Shown here: one piece after another, positions 18,671 through 26,511 of the stretch
Layout of the letters: each line of letters opens with the position of its first letter
Numbering within the stretch: the first letter of the stretch is position 1
Assembly (NCBI GenBank): GCA_903902915.1
Contig: CAIUWR010000039.1
Coordinates: forward strand, 7,594-39,593
Length of the DNA stretch: 32,000 nt
Direction: 5' to 3'
Source: an uncultured Hyphomicrobiales bacterium
GTDB taxonomy: Bacteria; Pseudomonadota; Alphaproteobacteria; Rhizobiales; Beijerinckiaceae
Made by a program: the position numbers and the translations under genes
Notes under the pieces: model-generated
Seen by the model: only the letters and a program-made list of their open reading frames with translations
The model's database searches: none
Told to the model about the DNA's origin: nothing

Positions 18671-18883
18671 ATGAACATCATCCATAATCAGAACGTAGCA
18701 TTTCGTTGTCCGAACACACTTAAGGAAAAGCTCCAAACCTACGCTGATGAGAACGATCTTCGTGTATCGGCGGTCATCAGAAACGCCTGTGTGGACTACC
18801 TTAGAAAACAGATGCCAACAGCTTTTGCTCCACTGTCACCCGCCAGTTTTACTGATCCTCGTTTGGCGGAGTTGGCTCGATGA
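18671..18883 (+). CDS. ribbon-helix-helix (CopG/Arc-like) DNA-binding protein
   Basis: VAFRCPNTLKEKLQTYADENDLRVSAVIRNACVDYLRKQ has the beta-strand / helix / helix pattern of RHH proteins. AAGGA lies upstream. Confidence 0.55.
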   Translation: MNIIHNQNVAFRCPNTLKEKLQTYADENDLRVSAVIRNACVDYLRKQMPTAFAPLSPASFTDPRLAELAR

Positions 18884-19075
18884 ACGGAAAAAAGACAACC
18901 ATCAAGAGCAAACTCGAAGTCATTGCCTCGAAGAAGCGCAAACGTCTTATGGGCTTCAGGGAATGGTGCGAGACAGTCTGGGAGCCGAGCAAGCAGCTAA
19001 CCGCCAACGGGGCGTTGCTGGATCCTAAAAATTCCGACAAACTTGCTCCAGCGGATTTGGTGGCGGGAGCTGGCA

Positions 19076-19873
19076 ATGGCGGTCAAAAAATGGAAAGGCG
19101 ACGAGGCGCACCTCCTCCCCGCCCAACAGGTAGAGCCATATCGCCTGTGGTTTGAATTCCTTCAACTCGCCTCCAAGGACGAAACACTCACCATCGATAG
19201 GGACATCTATTCCCGTTGGGGTGAATTTGATCAGCTTAAGTTCAAAGATTGGTGGCAGTCCCATTGGCGAGACCTGTTCGCCGTGGATCTCGGTGTCAGG
19301 GAGATCGATCAGCTCCAGGGTGCCGAGAAGCTGTCTGAGAAGGAAGTGATAGTCATAATTCCGCTATATCAGGACCCAAAGCGTTCTTTAGCTCAAGTAT
19401 CTGACATCTTGGAGCGATACGGCGCCAATGATCGGCTCAAGGATATGGCAGAGGGTCAGTTTCGGCTCCAGGTCGATGATGGCCAGGACAAGCTAATCCA
19501 CCCATCCACCCGCTTCCTCCGTAATTTGCCGAAAGTTCGCCTTCTCCTTCACATCTACCGTTTCTGGTTAAGCCACGCTGAAGCTGATGACCGAAGGCGG
19601 CTGGAGAAGACCGCTATCTCATATTTCCGATGGGCTGATGGCTGGAACCGACAGGTCAAGGAAAAGAAGTGGAAGCGCCCGCTCATTGAAATCCCTTTCG
19701 CCCTGAGCACATACGTCCAGCACCTTGAGAAACGGGGTGCCCGGAAGCGGATCAGCCTGTATGAAGCCGATGACGTCTCCGATCATCGCCGCCAAATTGC
19801 CCGCTACATCCGCAAAGCAAGAAAGCTCGCCGCCAACGTGGCTGAGGGGCGTTTTCCGGGGAAATATGAGTAG
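19076..19873 (+). CDS. hypothetical protein (Trp-rich, basic C-terminus)
   Basis: Internal ATG at 19076 with GGGAG 8 nt upstream, within ORF 19043..19873. Its coding-like composition differs from the overlapping 18880 frame. Confidence 0.6.
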   Translation: MAVKKWKGDEAHLLPAQQVEPYRLWFEFLQLASKDETLTIDRDIYSRWGEFDQLKFKDWWQSHWRDLFAVDLGVREIDQLQGAEKLSEKEVIVIIPLYQDPKRSLAQVSDILERYGANDRLKDMAEGQFRLQVDDGQDKLIHPSTRFLRNLPKVRLLLHIYRFWLSHAEADDRRRLEKTAISYFRWADGWNRQVKEKKWKRPLIEIPFALSTYVQHLEKRGARKRISLYEADDVSDHRRQIARYIRKARKLAANVAEGRFPGKYE

Positions 19874-20041
19874 CCCGATCCAGGATGTGCTAGCCAAATT
19901 CAAGCTATGAAAAAAACGGGACAGGACCAAACTATCTAGCTGCCCCGTTGTTCTGTAAAAGTTCTAAAAGCGCTTCTCCTGTATTCTATAAAAATGAGGT
20001 TGGGAATGGTTCTTGAGCTCACACTAGAGAGGAACTTCATT

Positions 20042-21058
20042 ATGGATACCATCGAAAGCAACAATATTAAGTCTGTCGGAGAATTCGTCTCCTACATCCG
20101 CAATCGGATTCAAGAAGCAAACCGTAATTGGATGGAGATTGCTCAGGCGTTCGCCGAGGCGGAGGAAATGTACGGATCAGGAAGCGAGCGGTTTAAGCAA
20201 CTACGTGAGCAGACGAATTTCAGTCGCAGTAAAATAGCTAAACTTCTAGCTATCGTGTCGTCAGAGCGACTGAAAAAGTATGCCGTCCAACTTTCCTCCG
20301 TTCAAAGTTGGGGTACACTCTACGCCATCGAGACTTTGACGGACGACCAATTCAATAAGCTCAAGGAACAATATAAATTTGATGACCCGTATACCGTTGC
20401 TCCTTTCATAAGTCAGACGGATGTAGATAAAATTCGGAGGGGAGCTGTGGAGCGGTCGATGTTCCGAGGCTACGCCGTTATTCAGGTTGACGACGAAGCC
20501 GTTAAGGGTGGCCTTCTTTCAGGCGCTGAGTTTGAGGAGCTTGAGAGGCTTTTAGCAAAAATCGAGCAGCTGTCTTCATATGTAAAATTGAAGCGATCTG
20601 ATGCTGACGAAAAGCAGGAAATAAGTCGTATGAATCAAATCTACGAAAAAGTGAAGCAGGTAACCCGTCGTCATTATTTAGAAGCCGTCAATGCAACTCT
20701 TGAGAGGCGGGTAAAATACAAGGGTGAGAGCCAGACAGCCTATGAAGTTCGTTGTTTTGGGAAAAACAAATCGGAGTTGATGGGTGACCTTCATTTCAAC
20801 GCTGAGGAAGCCTTCAAGTGGATTGGCGCTAACTATGATATGGCCACTTTTTATAATGAAGCTGAAGAAGAGGTGAGTAAGGCTGAGAAGGCTAGGATGA
20901 ATAAATACGCCAATAAGGTGCTGAGCCGTCCAGCCATTATCAAGGAGCCTGTTTATGAAGAGGCAGAGACAACAGCTGCGCCGAAGAATTGGCTCTTTAA
21001 GGGGGTGGGCTCTCAAAAGGCGTCGTTCGAGAAATCGAAGTTCTCTTTTTCTGCTTAA
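20042..21058 (+). CDS. hypothetical protein
   Basis: ATG at 20042 with GAGAGGA upstream. It is 338 aa with helical, charged composition and is followed by a bidirectional terminator. Confidence 0.65.
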   Translation: MDTIESNNIKSVGEFVSYIRNRIQEANRNWMEIAQAFAEAEEMYGSGSERFKQLREQTNFSRSKIAKLLAIVSSERLKKYAVQLSSVQSWGTLYAIETLTDDQFNKLKEQYKFDDPYTVAPFISQTDVDKIRRGAVERSMFRGYAVIQVDDEAVKGGLLSGAEFEELERLLAKIEQLSSYVKLKRSDADEKQEISRMNQIYEKVKQVTRRHYLEAVNATLERRVKYKGESQTAYEVRCFGKNKSELMGDLHFNAEEAFKWIGANYDMATFYNEAEEEVSKAEKARMNKYANKVLSRPAIIKEPVYEEAETTAAPKNWLFKGVGSQKASFEKSKFSFSA

Positions 21059-21085
21059 CAAAGACAGGAAGTAAAACGAGGTATG

Positions 21086-21124
21086 AAAGACGCCCGCAGC
21101 CATCATACTGCGGGCGTTTTTTTA
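21086..21124. terminator. bidirectional rho-independent terminator between convergent genes
   Basis: 10-bp stem ACGCCCGCAG / CTGCGGGCGT with an 8-nt loop. A T7 run lies downstream and an A-rich run upstream. Confidence 0.75.
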
Positions 21125-21844
21125 TGCCTTTTTCAAGGGGGCAAATTGCTTCAGCGTAGATTCAAAAAAGTCTGCAGCAGCGTCGAAGTCTGCAAATTCC
21201 TGTCCCCAGTCGAAGATGCCGATACTTTCGCCTTCTTTAAGGTATGGGCGCATCTCTGCCAGTGGTTTTGGCTCGGAAAAGAAATGCTTCGACCCCATCA
21301 CTTCGTAAACGATACGGTCTCGGTCAGGAAATTTCACGATATTGAGGTGACAAGTTTCGTCTCGTAGACGGTAAGAGATATAGCGACCAAAGACGAGACC
21401 ATTGCTCTTTTGGCCCCCGCTCACTTTGGCGATCCCATTCTTCCCAACGAATGAGTGGGCAATAAATCGCTTTGTCCCGGCTGATAATCGTTTTGCCGTT
21501 TCCTTGCTTAGGTCGAAACGTTCTTGCAACCGGACTGCAAGAGCCTCTAGTAGAGCTGCGCTGTCTTTTTCCTCCCGCTTATCTTTTCCCGTGCGGTTGA
21601 TCGTGCCGTACTTGACTGCGCCGGCACTTGGGGGCGGACGGCGTTCCTCCAGGACCACCTCGCACATCTCAACAACAGGTTGGTTAGCTCGGCGCTCCGC
21701 ATTGGCCTTCAGCGCCTTCACGTCGGCGTCGGCAAGTGCCCTGACCTTCTCTAGGGTCCATAGGGGCTCTTTGGGTCCTCCGCCGCCCTTAGCGCCCCCG
21801 CCCCCCTTTGCTGCTTCCTTCTTGTCACTGTCGGTCATTGCCAA
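21122..21844 (-). CDS. hypothetical protein with a Gly/Lys-rich N-terminus
   Basis: 240-aa ORF, convergent with 20042..21058. No family was recognised. Confidence 0.6.
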   Translation of the reverse strand: MAMTDSDKKEAAKGGGGAKGGGGPKEPLWTLEKVRALADADVKALKANAERRANQPVVEMCEVVLEERRPPPSAGAVKYGTINRTGKDKREEKDSAALLEALAVRLQERFDLSKETAKRLSAGTKRFIAHSFVGKNGIAKVSGGQKSNGLVFGRYISYRLRDETCHLNIVKFPDRDRIVYEVMGSKHFFSEPKPLAEMRPYLKEGESIGIFDWGQEFADFDAAADFFESTLKQFAPLKKA

Positions 21845-22086
21845 AGCCCCAAGGAGATAACGGCAGAGGGTAGCCTCATCTCGGCGATCTGCCCAGCCTC
21901 CGTGCGTGGTAGGCTGGGGAATGGGCTGGGGGTGCCATTTGGAACTGGTTTTAAAACGGTGATTTTATAATTGGATCCGTCAAAGTATTGGTTTTATTGA
22001 TGAAAATTGAATTTGATCCTTTACCTCTACGAGAGGCCCATTATAATTACACCCATAGGTTGTGATTTATAATCAGAGGTCCCCAA

Positions 22087-22356
22087 ATGAGCCTTGGAAA
22101 ACAAGCCAAAACCCTCACCAAGCCCCAGATCGACGCCGTCTTGGGCTATCTCGCCAAGACCCGCTACCCAGTCCGTGATCGGGTCATTTTCCTACTTTCG
22201 GTGAAGGCTGGCCTCAGAGCCAAAGAGATTGCTTCGCTTACGTGGTCTATGGTGACAGACGCCGAAGGAGCGCTGGCAGACATCATCAGCCTTACCGATA
22301 TTGCCTCCAAGGGGAGAGGAGGGCGTGTGACCGTATTCGATGCCATTTTCCCGTAG
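22087..22356 (+). pseudogene. truncated small tyrosine recombinase (N-terminal 80 aa of the catalytic domain), paralogous to 25795..26361
   Basis: LTKPQIDAVLGYL...RDRVIFLLSVKAGLRAKEIASLTW...SKGRGGRV aligns with LTDKQLKQVLSHC...RDRAIVLFSFLAGLRAKEIAALTL...SKGRKARRV of the intact 188-aa gene. Similarity stops at about 22329 and the HxxR and Tyr motifs are missing. Confidence 0.7.
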
Positions 22357-22817
22357 CGAGAATTCTGGACTATCCAGACGTTCAAGTCAGCCAGCGTCGC
22401 CCCTGTGACCTCTTTGATCCTTATCGTTCCAAAGAATTTCTCAGTGTGTTTAAGAAACTGGATTCTGGTGAGCATCGTCGACTTGATGTTACCCATCGCC
22501 TCGATGCCCGCCACATATTCGCCGATAGCGACCGTGACCCGCTTTGAATGAAGGTCCTGCCCGTTGGCGACCTTGAGAAACGTCTTGTTGAAGAGGTCAT
22601 TGGCGAAGGCGAACGCCTGATGCTCGTCGGTGGTTTTCGTCGAGCAAGAAACGTAGCCTTTGCTATTGGGAACTTTGACCCGACAGAACCAAGTCGGTTT
22701 CACATAATCTGCCCTTTTGAAAAGATAGATTGCCCCGTCTTTGAAGGTTCGGCTCTCTAACTCAGTCTTCGCTTTACGCTCTGTTTTTGTTTTTGATACT
22801 TTGGTCGTTTCGTCCAT
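22323..22817 (-). pseudogene. integrase N-terminal fragment (arm-binding plus SAM-like core-binding region), catalytic domain missing
   Basis: GAIYLFKRADYVKPTWFCRVKVPNSKGYVSCSTKTTDEHQAFAFA...IGEYVAGIE...FLKHTEKFFG...IKEVTGATLADL...ASNTVTR has the layout of tRNA-targeting integrase N-termini. The rest of the ORF (22164-22322) is merely antisense to the plus-strand fragment. Confidence 0.65.
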
Positions 22818-22857
22818 AAGCTGCTCCCGTAGCCTAGCTTAGGTGGTCGAAACTGAG

Positions 22858-22904
22858 CATAAACGGAAAGTGAACAAAAGAAAACCGTTGACGATCCGTT
22901 TATG
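22858..22904. repeat. 10-bp perfect inverted repeat CATAAACGGA ... TCCGTTTATG (27-nt spacer) between the integrase remnant and the att repeat
   Basis: Read directly. It contains the same TCCGTTTA core as the three left-end repeats at 16025-16060. Confidence 0.6.
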
Positions 22905-22965
22905 GTTTTTGGACGAGCTTTGAGGAGGTGGTGAAAATCTAAGTCGTTGATTTTATTACGCTAAA

Positions 22966-23020
22966 TGGTGCTGCGAGACAGGATTGAACTGTCGACCTCT
23001 CCATTACCAAAAAAATATAG
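22966..23020 (-). repeat. att-type direct repeat, copy 2: 3' 45 nt of tRNA-Thr(GGU) plus 10 nt of extension
   Basis: 22966-23010 is identical to 15925-15969. The next 10 nt match 8/10. The 5' half of the tRNA is again absent. Confidence 0.85.
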
Positions 23021-23053
23021 TCAACCTAACCCATTGTTCTAACTTACTTTATA

Positions 23054-23092
23054 CAAAGTAGCATACCAAAGTAGCATACTTTGTAGCATATT
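23054..23092 (+). repeat. tandem 13-bp repeat CAAAGTAGCATAC x2 plus a degenerate third copy
   Basis: 23054-23066 and 23067-23079 are identical. 23080-23092 reads TTTGTAGCATATT. It lies 34 nt from the att repeat. Confidence 0.8.
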
Positions 23093-23224
23093 TATAGCCA
23101 CATAAGTATCTGTTTTCATTCACTTTTTTTACTTCACCAAACCGGGTCAAAGCGCGTGTTTAACAGCCACCAAGCAAGCCCACAACAGGCACCTGGTGGC
23201 TGTGGTTATAGCGGCGGAGTGGCG

Positions 23225-23689
23225 CTATTTCTTGCCCCCTGCCCGCTTATCAACTTTCGTTTTCACAAACTGCCTGTCTTTGGACGCCGCAGCCAACTCC
23301 GTGTCCAACTCACCTGCGTCTACTGCCTTCAAAACAGTGGTGATTGTGTTGGGCAAGTCAGCAAGTGAGCCAACCTCAATAGCAGCCATCCCGTTGGCTA
23401 TGGGCAGCAGCTTGGCGCCGTAGCGCACTGTGAGCAGCACTGAGCCCGCCACATTCTTACACCACCACTCCTTAACCCGCACAGGGCGTTGGACACGGTG
23501 AGGCTCTCCCTGCCCATCCACAGTATCCACCCAACGCATACGCCTATACGGACTGCCGCCCAACTGTGCCTCCGCCAAGCAGAGCTGCTCCTGTAGCTTT
23601 ACAATCAGCTTGTGCCTGCGGCGCTCCTCCGCAGTTGTAGGATTGAAGTTGGGCTTTGCTACGACTTTCAGTGTTTCCAAATGTGCCAC
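23225..23689 (-). CDS. hypothetical protein (MAHL... family), paralogous to 16276..16719
   Basis: 154 aa with shared blocks MAHLETLK, RPVRVKEWW, AIEVG and AGELD. Confidence 0.7.
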   Translation of the reverse strand: MAHLETLKVVAKPNFNPTTAEERRRHKLIVKLQEQLCLAEAQLGGSPYRRMRWVDTVDGQGEPHRVQRPVRVKEWWCKNVAGSVLLTVRYGAKLLPIANGMAAIEVGSLADLPNTITTVLKAVDAGELDTELAAASKDRQFVKTKVDKRAGGKK

Positions 23690-23869
23690 GCTTGCCTCCT
23701 GTGTGTTGCGTTACAAGAGCAAGTTTGTTGTCAGACTGCGCACATTCCTACCAAAATCCTGTCAGTCGCTCACAAAAACTGCCGTTGATATCGGTGTGCT
23801 CATATTGCCACGATTTCACATACTAGCACTGGACTAGACACACATAGTTGCGCCACACACGCTGCTGGA

Positions 23870-23903
23870 CAACCAATCTTTTCAAAAATCAACCAATCTT
23901 TTC
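23870..23903 (+). repeat. 14-bp direct repeat CAACCAATCTTTTC x2, 20 bp apart start-to-start
   Basis: Copies at 23870-23883 and 23890-23903 in the intergenic region upstream of the minus-strand gene at 23689. Confidence 0.8.
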
Positions 23904-24035
23904 GGTTGCTCACGTTCTCAATAGAACAACAAAGAGGATTGTAGTCACGTGCTACTATGCGCAATCGTGGCTGATAGGGAGAACTAGATGCTAGCGCCAA
24001 ACACATTGGACTGGCGCTACTAATAGCACCACGCC

Positions 24036-24347
24036 TTAAACGCTTTTAGAGCGTCGTGCAGCGGCGTTAAGAGCCTGCGCTACTTGGGTAGCGGGTGGCA
24101 AGTTTTTGAATGCTACAGGCTGGCAATAGGGCGGCTCTATGTTGTGATTGCGATTAGCTTGATATTGGGCAACTTCTTTCGCAACAGCAGCATCAATCAA
24201 CTGCGCCCAATGTCTGGCCCATCCAGGTGCTACAGGAATGCCCTCCTTAGACCTTTTTAACTGAACACCCAGGTATTTGACTTCCATCTCTCTTCGCTTC
24301 AAAGCGGCCACTAGTTTCACTGCAGAATCAATGTCATCCATTTTCAT
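24036..24347 (-). CDS. hypothetical protein
   Basis: 103-aa ORF, last in a three-ORF minus-strand string. Confidence 0.45.
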   Translation of the reverse strand: MKMDDIDSAVKLVAALKRREMEVKYLGVQLKRSKEGIPVAPGWARHWAQLIDAAVAKEVAQYQANRNHNIEPPYCQPVAFKNLPPATQVAQALNAAARRSKSV

Positions 24348-24360
24348 ACTATTATTTATC

Positions 24361-24543
24361 TCAACTCTTCGTTACTGCTAGGACATTTCCTTTTCCATAT
24401 AATCGTTCAGCAATAGCCTTGGCAAAGACCGCATCTTTCGCCTGCACCTCCACTATCGTAGTCGTCATTATTGAGATCACGCGGATTTTGATCGTCACGC
24501 GATAGAGCATTGCCGCACCTCCTGTGCCGCAACTTGCGTTCAT
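24361..24543 (-). CDS. small hypothetical protein (start uncertain)
   Basis: 60-aa ORF packed between two others. An internal Met (MLYRV) is perhaps the real start. Confidence 0.3.
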   Translation of the reverse strand: MNASCGTGGAAMLYRVTIKIRVISIMTTTIVEVQAKDAVFAKAIAERLYGKGNVLAVTKS

Positions 24544-24546
24544 ATA

Positions 24547-24879
24547 TCAGCTTGAGCAACCAGAATGACGAAGCAGTTTAGCATTAATCTGCAACTGCGC
24601 TTCCTCAAGCAGGCGCTCACTCAGCTTTACGGCACCTGATCTGATAACGGCATCCGACGCCTTGCTTGCACGTGAGCGGATATTAAAACTCAGCGTTAGT
24701 GCAGCATCGGTGGTCAGCGGTAAACCCTGCGCTTTGATGGAACTGAACCAAGCAGGCGTCCTCCCGCACATGATGCTAAAATCCCATTGGTTAGCTACGA
24801 AGCCAAGCGCCTTGACATCGAGATAAAGTTTTTCAAGATTTTGTTTGTTTTTCATACATTTATTTAGCATCAGCACCAC
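24547..24879 (-). CDS. hypothetical protein (start at 24879, 24870 or 24855)
   Basis: 110-aa ORF, divergent from the HUH-like gene. The MKNKQNLEKLYLDV start at 24855 is plausible. Confidence 0.45.
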   Translation of the reverse strand: MVLMLNKCMKNKQNLEKLYLDVKALGFVANQWDFSIMCGRTPAWFSSIKAQGLPLTTDAALTLSFNIRSRASKASDAVIRSGAVKLSERLLEEAQLQINAKLLRHSGCSS

Positions 24880-24896
24880 CTAAGCTAAATAAGTTT

Positions 24897-25436
24897 ATGA
24901 ACCAGCGCCCCTACACCGAAAACACAAAACGGAACAAGTTGGACTCTGCGCGATACAATGAAGCGCTTCTAGCTTGGCTCGGCGAACACAGCACACTATG
25001 GAATGTAGTTGTGACTTGGCATGTACCGGAGACAATGCGACGACATTACAGGGGCTATGATGAAGATTGGCTAGCGCGGGAGCTGACAAGATACTTCAAC
25101 AAGGTTGACCGACGAATATACAAGGCAGGTCTCAAAAATAGAGGCATGAGGCTGCCACGAATCATCACATTAGAGTACAATGAGAGCGTGGGCTGGCATG
25201 CACACGGCCTGTTAGATTGTGCTCCTGGCAAGAACGAAGATGAGACACTGGAGCTACTGACTAAACTATGGCGCAAACAGACTGACCGATTCGCAACCGA
25301 CAGGTTTGAGAAGCATCTTGTGATAGGGCAATACGATAATGGCAAGGCTCTCCCATATATTATCAAGCGAATAGATAGGCAAAATGAACAGGCACACGGC
25401 ATATTAGATTTGAACAACACCTATATTCCTGACTGA
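24897..25436 (+). CDS. putative HUH-motif replication-initiator-like protein
   Basis: Motif order: VVVTWHV (motif 1-like), GWHAHGLL (H-hydrophobic-H), then LPYIIKR (Tyr motif). The size, 179 aa, is small for a Rep. Confidence 0.45.
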   Translation: MNQRPYTENTKRNKLDSARYNEALLAWLGEHSTLWNVVVTWHVPETMRRHYRGYDEDWLARELTRYFNKVDRRIYKAGLKNRGMRLPRIITLEYNESVGWHAHGLLDCAPGKNEDETLELLTKLWRKQTDRFATDRFEKHLVIGQYDNGKALPYIIKRIDRQNEQAHGILDLNNTYIPD

Positions 25437-25621
25437 TCACCACAGAACGAAGCGGGACGGTACCGCTATAAAAGCATAGCGTCGTTGCGTGTGTTAGGAA
25501 CTCTCACAGTTGGCTAAATGCTGCTGTAGCTAAAATATTGCCTAAAAACCATTCTAACTATACCTACCATGTGAAAACTCAAAGTTGATTGATAAACTCA
25601 CTTTTCCAAAAAGAAAATACA

Positions 25622-25638
25622 TCAAACGGTCCGTTTGA
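25622..25638. promoter_or_regulatory. 17-nt perfect palindrome TCAAACGG-T-CCGTTTGA in an AT-rich 358-bp intergenic region
   Basis: Read directly. It lies upstream of the recombinase gene and has an operator-like geometry. Confidence 0.4.
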
Positions 25639-25794
25639 ATGAGGTACTGAAGAATGTCATGTAATGTGTGTTCTCTGATATTCCTCAGTAACCTATTGAA
25701 AACACTGGTCACTCATCTATCAAAAAAATAGGTAGGAATCTAGAAAGTCAGACAATATTTTTTACGCTATAAAAAATGACATTCAGGTGCTGAG

Positions 25795-26361
25795 ATGAAG
25801 CAAGCAAGAACGCTCACAGACAAACAGCTCAAGCAAGTACTATCCCACTGCTCCACCCGCCACCATGCAGCAAGAGATCGCGCTATAGTGCTGTTCAGTT
25901 TCTTAGCTGGCCTGCGTGCCAAGGAGATAGCAGCGCTCACTTTAGCGAATGTGGTAGCGGACGATGGCAAAGTCCGTGATGAGTTCACTTTGTCACCGCA
26001 ACAGTCGAAGGGGCGTAAAGCCAGACGGGTCTTCATCAATGACCGACTCCAGAAAGAAATCACTCTCTATCTCAAGCAAGTGAAGCTACGAGCAATATGC
26101 CCAGCTCTTTTCCAATCCCAAAAAGGAAGTCACTTCTCCGCCAACACCATGTGCCAGTTGCTGCTACGCATTTATGATGAGGCAGGCTTTTCGGACGCAA
26201 CTAGCCATACTGGCAGGAGGTCAATGATTACGGCATTGGCAGCAAAGGGCATCGGGGTGCGTGTATTGCAGACATTAGCAGGACACTCATCCATCAGCAC
26301 AACGCAACGTTACATAGACGTGAACGACCAGCAGTTGCGGGCGGCAGTGGAACTAGCTTGA
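25795..26361 (+). CDS. small tyrosine recombinase (catalytic domain only, 188 aa)
   Basis: All catalytic signatures are present: AGLRAKEI (Arg I), SKGRKARRV (Lys beta-hairpin), SHTGRRS (HxxR) and GHSSISTTQRYI (His/Tyr). There is no N-terminal core-binding domain. Confidence 0.85.
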   Translation: MKQARTLTDKQLKQVLSHCSTRHHAARDRAIVLFSFLAGLRAKEIAALTLANVVADDGKVRDEFTLSPQQSKGRKARRVFINDRLQKEITLYLKQVKLRAICPALFQSQKGSHFSANTMCQLLLRIYDEAGFSDATSHTGRRSMITALAAKGIGVRVLQTLAGHSSISTTQRYIDVNDQQLRAAVELA

Positions 26362-26511
26362 GAACACCTCTATGTCGCTCAAAGCCTTGTTGCATTTAAG
26401 CTAGAATAATCCATATTTACACATGTCGTACACTGGCAGTTACGCGGGACTAAACATGAAGCTACGCCAATACCCCCAGCACCGCTCTAATACCTTGCCA
26501 GGAGCAGCGTT

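Larger units (their letters stand above)
15925..23020. mobile_element. integrated genomic island 1 (degraded), bounded by tRNA-Thr-derived direct repeats
   Basis: There is an abrupt drop in GC at 15925. It is flanked by 45/55-nt direct repeats. An integrase remnant lies next to the right repeat. The cargo is nuclease and unknown genes. Confidence 0.7.

Noticed and set aside
18880-19155. 91-aa ORF overlapping the RHH gene stop (ATGA), and a possible frameshift fusion with 19043..19873
   Set aside because: The first 60 or so codons look plausible, but the tail (GAPPPRPTGRAISPVV) looks like an out-of-frame reading of the 19076 gene. Without homologues I cannot decide between a short real gene, a frameshifted gene and a spurious ORF.
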